16,035 nucleotides of DNA, taken from positions 1 to 16,035 of the forward strand of contig JBGCFM010000181.1 in assembly GCA_045106895.1 (NCBI GenBank). Reading direction: 5' to 3'. The DNA comes from Polyangiales bacterium. Its GTDB lineage: Bacteria; Myxococcota_A; Polyangia; Polyangiales; Houyiibacteriaceae. This document shows, one piece after another, positions 8,763 to 14,427 of the stretch. Position 1 is the first letter of the stretch. Each line of letters opens with the position of its first letter. A program made the translations under genes and the position numbers. Under the pieces are notes generated by a model that ran no database searches, was not told the DNA's origin, and saw only the letters and a program-made list of their open reading frames with translations.

Positions 8763-10426
8763 TGCGGCTCTCCTGCGGTCCGGAAACCTTCGCTCAGCAT
8801 AAGCTCCACGAGGAGGTCACGGATGAAACCGTCTCCTTCGAAGGAACGGGTGAGTTCGAAAATCGTAAGTGCTTCGCCCGGCGTTTCAATGTGCCCCCCG
8901 GCGTAGCGGTAGAAGTTACGCACGAGGCACTCCATCAGATACGGATGCTCGCCGACAGCCTGTCCCAGACCGACTGCGCCCGAATAAGACGTGCCATCCA
9001 GCTCACCGGATGCGTCGATGACGGCGCCATTTTCGGTATCGCGCCAGGCGCCGATGCCGTCGAAGTTCTCAAGGGCGAGGCCGATGGGATCCATGAGGTT
9101 ATGACAACCTGCGCACGCCAGGTTTTCCCGGTGGGCGGCGAGACGCTCGCGTCGTGTTGGCGCGTCCGTCGAAGGCTCCGGAAGCTCCCCCACGTCGTCC
9201 GGCGGTGGCGGAATCGTCTGACAGAGCAGCGCCACGCGAACGAACTTGCCGCGCAGCGTGGGTGAACTCGACTCCGCATGCGCGTGCCGGGCGAGAACCG
9301 CGCCGTGACTCAGGAGGCCCCGGCGGTTTGCGGGAAGCTCGCTTCGGTTGAAGCCGCGAGAATCGCCCGCCTCAAGTCCATAGAGCGCAGCGACCTCCGC
9401 GTTCACCTCCGCGTCCGAGCGTGTAAAGAACTGCCGGTAGCTCACGTTGTCTTCCAAAACCCAGGCTTCCACCGTGGAGAGCAGACTCTCTTGGAGCGAG
9501 TCGCCGAGCGTGGGGCTCAGGCCCGGGAACTCGTCTTCGTCCTTCACGAAATGGCCTTCCGTCAGGCCGACGACTTCTTCGAAAAGCCCGCGAATCGCCT
9601 CGCCTGCGCAGTCGGACGCAACGAGGCGCTCCACTTGTTCGCGCAGGCCACTCACGGCGGTGAGTGTTCCTGCGTCCGCAGCGTCAAGAAGCGCCTGGTC
9701 GGGTGTCGTGTTGCAGATCGCGAAGCTGATGCGCGACGCCATCTCGTGATCGCCGTAGAGGCGACCGGCGGTCTCCCCTTCGCCAACCGCGGCCCCGTCG
9801 CCAAGCTCCACGCGAAAGAGGAAATTGGGCGATTGAAGCAGTCCGGCGATGCCAAACTCCACCCCGCCCCAGAAGTCGCCGAGCACGCTGGCCGCGTTCG
9901 TGGCGACGAGCAGATAGCGCTCCACTTCGACGGGGGTGAGGGAGCGACGCCACGCGTGACGACCGAAGTCTTCAAGGAACTCACGAAGACAGGCTTCGTT
10001 GCCTACGTCGCCAGGATCACAGGAGACGACACGCGCACGTGCCTCCGCATCACCGACAACTCGCCCCGCGATCTCGTATGCGGCGTTTTCGTATTGCTCG
10101 ACGGCGCGGGGGCTGATGGTGGTGCGCGTCGTGCCAACGGCGACGCTGCCGTTGGAGGCGAGGTCTTCGTCGATGGCGGGGTCGATGCGAAGCCCGGTCA
10201 GGTCAAAAACACTGTTCACGTACTGAACACGAGTCAGCCGGCGAAGCGCAGACGGGGCGGGGATCAAGTTCTCGGGTGGCGGGCCCGCGTCGACAAAGAT
10301 GGGTACATCCGGCGGGTCGAGGGGCGGCGCCGTCAGCGGAGGCTCTCCAATGGACCCATCGCAGGCCATAAGACCCACTAAGACCCAGGCGGCCGCCAGC
10401 CAGGTATGAGAACGCGAGTGAGCCAT
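8759..10426 (-). CDS. DUF1587/DUF1595/DUF1592/DUF1588/DUF1585 lipoprotein, putative monohaem c-type cytochrome (555 aa)
   Basis: Lipobox LMA-C22. Motifs LRRLTRVQYVNSVFDL, FGRHAWRRSLT..E, LLQSPNFLFRVE, EMASRISF...PDQALLDAA, RRGLL, SSPTLRGKFV...LLC, CAGCHNLMDPIGLALENFDGIGAWR, IDASG. There is a single CxxCH at 9101-9115. Confidence 0.9.
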   Translation of the reverse strand: MAHSRSHTWLAAAWVLVGLMACDGSIGEPPLTAPPLDPPDVPIFVDAGPPPENLIPAPSALRRLTRVQYVNSVFDLTGLRIDPAIDEDLASNGSVAVGTTRTTISPRAVEQYENAAYEIAGRVVGDAEARARVVSCDPGDVGNEACLREFLEDFGRHAWRRSLTPVEVERYLLVATNAASVLGDFWGGVEFGIAGLLQSPNFLFRVELGDGAAVGEGETAGRLYGDHEMASRISFAICNTTPDQALLDAADAGTLTAVSGLREQVERLVASDCAGEAIRGLFEEVVGLTEGHFVKDEDEFPGLSPTLGDSLQESLLSTVEAWVLEDNVSYRQFFTRSDAEVNAEVAALYGLEAGDSRGFNRSELPANRRGLLSHGAVLARHAHAESSSPTLRGKFVRVALLCQTIPPPPDDVGELPEPSTDAPTRRERLAAHRENLACAGCHNLMDPIGLALENFDGIGAWRDTENGAVIDASGELDGTSYSGAVGLGQAVGEHPYLMECLVRNFYRYAGGHIETPGEALTIFELTRSFEGDGFIRDLLVELMLSEGFRTAGEPQ

Positions 10427-10433
10427 GTCACGA

Positions 10434-10442
10434 AGGCTATCA
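10434..10442 (-). promoter_or_regulatory. Candidate extended -10 element TGaTAGCCT, 7 nt upstream of ATG 10426
   Basis: The minus strand reads TGA-TAGCCT-tcgtgac-ATG, matching TGnTAnnnT. No SD sequence is present, which fits a leaderless transcript. Confidence 0.5.
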
Positions 10443-10511
10443 CGAGAGGCCGGCGGCCTAAACCCGGCTCCCGCAATTGGATTGGGGACTGGTTTTCACG
10501 GTTCCACGCGC

Positions 10512-10517
10512 TACTCT
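10512..10517 (+). promoter_or_regulatory. Candidate -10 element TACTCT, 7 nt upstream of ATG 10525
   Basis: The sequence reads TACTCT-cgcgacc-ATG, a TAnnnT match with no SD sequence. Confidence 0.4.
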
Positions 10518-10524
10518 CGCGACC

Positions 10525-11865
10525 ATGCGCCGCGCTCTAATTTTGCTCTTGGGCGCGGTGGTGTCCTGTTTCCCCGAGTCGTTCTCCATCAGCGACGCTG
10601 GGCCGCCGGACGTCGGCAGCGACATCCCGCTCCCTGACGCGGGACCCATCGCAGACACGGGCCCCGAGCGGGACGTCGTCGAACCACTCGACGCCCAACC
10701 AGACGCGGCCCCCTCGAACCGTGTTGAAGTGGAATGCGCGACGCCCTGGTCGGACCTCGGCCCAGAGCCCACTGCCGATTGCGCGGGCCGGAACGTGAGT
10801 GTGGTCGGCGAGGGAATTGGTCCCAACGCCGTCGATATTGCGCTCCTGGAAAGCCAAGAAGTCGCCCTCGCCTGGAACTCGAACGAGCTCTTCGACAGCG
10901 GCGGCATCGAACTTCGTGTGCTGAACACGGATACCCTCGAACCCACCCGCACCGCTGCCATCGCTCCGGAGGCGGTTTTGGGCGAGCTGGCTGGCCGGAG
11001 CATCTCCTTGGTTCCCGAAGGCGAGGATGTGCACATCGCTTATTGGGTAGAGCGAGACGGGGGTAGCACCATCGACTACCGGCGCTGGTCGGGGACGCTC
11101 TCCGCGGCGGAGACGATCAGCGCCGTCGGCCGAAGCGGCGACGTGAGTCTCGGCGTCAGCGAACGAGGCGATGCGACCTTCGCTGTGTACGACCAGGTCT
11201 CCGGTCGATATTTCGCGCGAACCCGCCTCAACAGCGGCGAGCTCGAAGCGAGCGTGCCCCTTGGCGAAGACATGGTTCAGGTCGCGTTGGAATCACGGGG
11301 CATTTCCCTCGTGCACTTGAACGGCGTCTCGCACCTCGCCTCGCGACGTCGATTGGGCGAAGTCCGCGCACAACTTCGCTACCGCCGGCGCACCAGCCTC
11401 GACAGCTGGAGCGGAGCCACGGCCATCGCCTCCCCCCGAGGCGAACGAAACAGTGGCCTCGCCGTAGACATCGCCGCCTTTGGTGACCAGGTCGCTGTGG
11501 TCTACCTCGACTGGTTGAGCGGCCAAGTCGAGGTGCGTCTCGCGACGTGGAACAGCACGCCGGATGACGTCAGCGTCCAGATCTTGGCTACTTACGCCAG
11601 CGAAGAGCCCCCCGTCTACACACCCTTGGACGTTGAGTACGACGCGTTTGGACTTATTCATGTGCTCTTTTCGGACGACGAGGGGGATCGCGATGTTCAG
11701 TACATGCGGCAGGCGTCCGACGGGGGGCGCTGGGTGAGCGACACCGTCGTGGTTGTGACCTCCGAAGCGTCTATCCGCGCGCGATTCGTCGTGGGGCGAG
11801 CACGTCAGCCCCACATCGTCTTCACCGCACGTGGAGACGTGCACTATGCGACCATCCGACCATGA
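10525..11865 (+). CDS. Lipoprotein with acidic D-x-G linker and probable 7-bladed beta-propeller (446 aa)
   Basis: Starting at ATG 10525 gives the signal MRRALILLLGAVVS-C15, followed by a DAG/DTG/Pro linker. Seven ~45-55 aa beta-rich repeats centre on EVALAWN, VHIAYW, ATFAVYD, VSHLASR, VAVVYLD, IHVLFSD and PHIVFT. Confidence 0.75.
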   Translation: MRRALILLLGAVVSCFPESFSISDAGPPDVGSDIPLPDAGPIADTGPERDVVEPLDAQPDAAPSNRVEVECATPWSDLGPEPTADCAGRNVSVVGEGIGPNAVDIALLESQEVALAWNSNELFDSGGIELRVLNTDTLEPTRTAAIAPEAVLGELAGRSISLVPEGEDVHIAYWVERDGGSTIDYRRWSGTLSAAETISAVGRSGDVSLGVSERGDATFAVYDQVSGRYFARTRLNSGELEASVPLGEDMVQVALESRGISLVHLNGVSHLASRRRLGEVRAQLRYRRRTSLDSWSGATAIASPRGERNSGLAVDIAAFGDQVAVVYLDWLSGQVEVRLATWNSTPDDVSVQILATYASEEPPVYTPLDVEYDAFGLIHVLFSDDEGDRDVQYMRQASDGGRWVSDTVVVVTSEASIRARFVVGRARQPHIVFTARGDVHYATIRP

Positions 11866-12749
11866 CTTACCGCTTCCTCTGCCTTCTCGTTTTTCTCGTC
11901 GCGTGTGGCGACGACACCACTCCCGCAGCGGACGCCGGCGATCGACCTGACGCCCCGCGGCAGGACGTGGGTGGAGACGCTGACTCTGGCGTCGACGCGG
12001 CAGCGCAGGATTCCGGAGCGCAGGACTCCGGTCCGGACGCGAACGCACCCACCGACGCCGGCGTGCCCGACGGCAATATTCCCGACGCGGGTGCACCGGA
12101 CGTGAGCGGTCCTTGTCGGCCCTTCAGCACGGATGGCTGCGAAGCCGGGTCGTGGTGCAAGCCCGGCGACGACGATGTCTCGATGGGCGTTTGCGAGCGC
12201 TTCGGAGACCAAGGCCCCGGCGAGGTGTGCATCACGAACATCGACTGCGTCGCCGGCGCGGTTTGTGGCGAACGGGCCGAAGGCGGCGTCTGCGACCAGA
12301 CCTGTGACCCGGAATCCCCTCAGGGCAGCCCGTCGAACCCGTGTGGCTCGGGGACGCGCTGCGCCAACCTCCGCAGCTCCGAAACCGGGGAGCCCATTGC
12401 CCTCGGTATCTGCGTTCCTGGCTGTGACTTTGACGCTGGCATCACGTGCAGTGACGAGAGCCTGACCTGCCAACCGAGCGAGCTTGTTTCGAGTGATGTC
12501 GACATCTGTCTCCCCGGGGTCACGAATCTACCTGCCCAAGGCGACTGCGCCTTGGCCGGCATCGCGCACGGTCAACTCTGTGGACCCGGACGCATCTGTT
12601 TGGACCGCGACGACCTCCGTCCAGGAAACCTCTGCTACGTCGTGTGCCGCGCCGATGTTGGCAGTCTTAATCTGAACGACCACCCGGACTGCAACAGCCC
12701 GTCACAGGTATGCCAGCAGTTCGCGACAACGCTGGGCGTGTGCCTCTAG
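11862..12749 (+). CDS. Cysteine-rich lipoprotein with six 4-Cys modules (295 aa)
   Basis: Lipobox LVA-C15 followed by GDD, then a ~70-aa D-A/S-G linker and 24 Cys residues in six modules. It has an ATGA overlap with the upstream gene. Confidence 0.85.
   Translation: MTYRFLCLLVFLVACGDDTTPAADAGDRPDAPRQDVGGDADSGVDAAAQDSGAQDSGPDANAPTDAGVPDGNIPDAGAPDVSGPCRPFSTDGCEAGSWCKPGDDDVSMGVCERFGDQGPGEVCITNIDCVAGAVCGERAEGGVCDQTCDPESPQGSPSNPCGSGTRCANLRSSETGEPIALGICVPGCDFDAGITCSDESLTCQPSELVSSDVDICLPGVTNLPAQGDCALAGIAHGQLCGPGRICLDRDDLRPGNLCYVVCRADVGSLNLNDHPDCNSPSQVCQQFATTLGVCL
12003..12032 (+). repeat. In-frame 15-bp tandem repeat (AQDSG x2)
   Basis: gcgcaggattccgga / gcgcaggactccggt, 13 of 15 positions identical, within the acidic linker. 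Confidence 0.7.
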
Positions 12750-12758
12750 CTCGCTCGT

Positions 12759-13481
12759 TTAGGAGGCGTTTTCTTTTGGCATTCCCGTGCCACGCAACAG
12801 AACCATCTTCTGCCAGATTTTTCGTTCGAGGGCGTGGCAGAGTTCTTCGACGCGTGTAACCGCTTCCACCGCCTCGGGATCATCGAACCCCTCGCCGTAA
12901 AGCGCCGCGATGATGCTGCTCATCGCGAGCATCTCGGAGCAGTAGTCGAGGTATCGGCCCATCTGAAAGCGCCCCATTCGTCGTGGTGAATTGGCGGTCC
13001 GACCGTCGCTGATGCCGGCCATGTCCGGCGACTTTGTGAGCTGATGGACATCCACGAGGTGCGCGAGGGTGCGCAGCCGGTAGAGCGCCCGCACGACGCG
13101 CGTTCGTTTGTAGCGGCGCTCGAGGGTGATAAAAAAGTAGATGGTGGCCGACAGAAGGATGATGTCGTTGAGCGCCGCTTCCGCCACCTGAATGGCGTCG
13201 GCCCAGGTGAGGCTGCTGTGAGAGAGCGCGCTCGTAAGGCCCATCGCGACGCCGCCGATGAGCAGGACGAGGGAGAGTGTTACGAGTGCCGCAGTGCCCA
13301 CCCTCAGCCCGTAGTGAGGGCGCCGCAGAGACTCACAGGTGCGCTTCGCTTCTTTCGCGAGGGTGACGAGCTGCCCGCAAACCGAACTCAATCCGGACTC
13401 GGGAAAGCGTTCCCGGATACGCAACTCCAGCAAGACGCTCGTTTGGAGAATCTGCTCCGGGTCGAGTTGCTTGAGGGCCAC
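12759..13481 (-). CDS. Conserved hypothetical membrane protein, two predicted TM helices (240 aa; GTG start, exact start uncertain)
   Basis: Hydrophobic segments VGTAALVTLSLVLLIGGVAMGL and IILLSATIYFFITL. Motif-like blocks RIRERFPESGL, LRTLAHLVDVHQLTK, RYLDYCSEML and KIWQK. It fills the gap between two plus-strand genes. Confidence 0.8.
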   Translation of the reverse strand: MALKQLDPEQILQTSVLLELRIRERFPESGLSSVCGQLVTLAKEAKRTCESLRRPHYGLRVGTAALVTLSLVLLIGGVAMGLTSALSHSSLTWADAIQVAEAALNDIILLSATIYFFITLERRYKRTRVVRALYRLRTLAHLVDVHQLTKSPDMAGISDGRTANSPRRMGRFQMGRYLDYCSEMLAMSSIIAALYGEGFDDPEAVEAVTRVEELCHALERKIWQKMVLLRGTGMPKENAS

Positions 13482-13542
13482 CCCTTCCGTCTACACAGTG
13501 CGGGCCTCAGGTTCAACGGGTGTTTCCGCCAGAGCGCTTGAA

Positions 13543-13561
13543 GCCCAAGTTGATCTTGGGC
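13543..13561. promoter_or_regulatory. Perfect inverted repeat GCCCAAG-ttgat-CTTGGGC, possible operator
   Basis: 7-bp arms with a 5-nt spacer, in the 91-bp divergent intergenic region, ending 11 nt before the USP start codon. Confidence 0.4.
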
Positions 13562-13572
13562 ACGCTCAGCGC

Positions 13573-14427
13573 ATGAAGACGATTCTCTGTGCCACCGACC
13601 TCGGCGAGAGCGGCGCGACCGCCCTTGCCTGGGCCGCCGCTTGGGCCCGCGACACCAACGCCGAGCTGACCTTGCTTCACGTCGACGGTGGCTCCCATGC
13701 TCCCCTTGAAGTCCCCGAATCCATGAGAGCGGCTGCGGAAACGCTGGCCGCACGCTTGGACGGTCGGCGGAGCGAGCACGAAGCTTCGTTGAACGCGAAC
13801 CTCGCGTCGTTGGACCTTCAGTGCAAGCTACGTATCGCGACGGGCCGCCCCTGGGAGGCGACCCTGCAGGTCGCCGACGAGCTCGACGCGGACCTCATCG
13901 TGGTGGGCCCACACGCGAGCGGCCTCGGGAGCACGGCGCGCCGAATCGTGACACACGCGCGGCGTCCTGTGCTCGTTGCACGTGGCGCGGCGCCGACATC
14001 GCTCGCCGGGATCCGATGGGTCGTCGGTGTTCCCCTGGGCGGCGGCATACCGCCGCTGGTCGCGCATGTAGACGCCATGGCGAACGCAAGTGGCGGACGT
14101 CTATCTCTGGTCCGTGCGGTGCCTGTTGCTGGGGCGCTCTTTGTCGAGACCCCAGTGCCGAACCTGGTAAACCAGATTCGCGACTCCATGATCGCGAACC
14201 TAACGACCATCGCGGCTCAACTCTCGAGCCCCGTCGACGTTCACAGTGACGCCGGCGACGCGGCCTTCGTCCTCGATGAGGTGGCCGCCGAGGGTGATAT
14301 CCTCGCTCTCGCGGCTCACGAGATGGGCCTGCTCGAGCGCTTGGTCCTCGGGAGCGTTACGGAACGCGTCCTTCGGACCTCAGCGCACAGCGTCTACATC
14401 GAGCCCGCGGCCCTGAGCGAAAGCTAG
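13573..14427 (+). CDS. Universal stress protein with two USP domains (284 aa)
   Basis: Starting at ATG 13573 gives MKTILCATDLGESGATALAWA...LTLLHV...ADELDADLIVVG...LGSTARRIVTHARRPVLVAR. The second domain ends LLERLVLGSVTERVLRTSAHSVYI. Confidence 0.92.
   Translation: MKTILCATDLGESGATALAWAAAWARDTNAELTLLHVDGGSHAPLEVPESMRAAAETLAARLDGRRSEHEASLNANLASLDLQCKLRIATGRPWEATLQVADELDADLIVVGPHASGLGSTARRIVTHARRPVLVARGAAPTSLAGIRWVVGVPLGGGIPPLVAHVDAMANASGGRLSLVRAVPVAGALFVETPVPNLVNQIRDSMIANLTTIAAQLSSPVDVHSDAGDAAFVLDEVAAEGDILALAAHEMGLLERLVLGSVTERVLRTSAHSVYIEPAALSES

Noticed and set aside
10477..10524. TTG start for the propeller lipoprotein
   Set aside because: ATG 10525 gives a canonical short lipoprotein signal and has a -10-like hexamer 7 nt upstream.
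11862..12749. Cys-rich protein as a multihaem cytochrome, ferredoxin or RiPP precursor
   Set aside because: It has no CxxCH or CxxCxxC motifs and no maturation enzymes nearby. Export plus an even Cys count favours disulfides.
13339..13572. N-terminal extension of the USP ORF (362 aa)
   Set aside because: It overlaps the divergent membrane protein gene, and the USP fold begins at MKTILCATD (ATG 13573).
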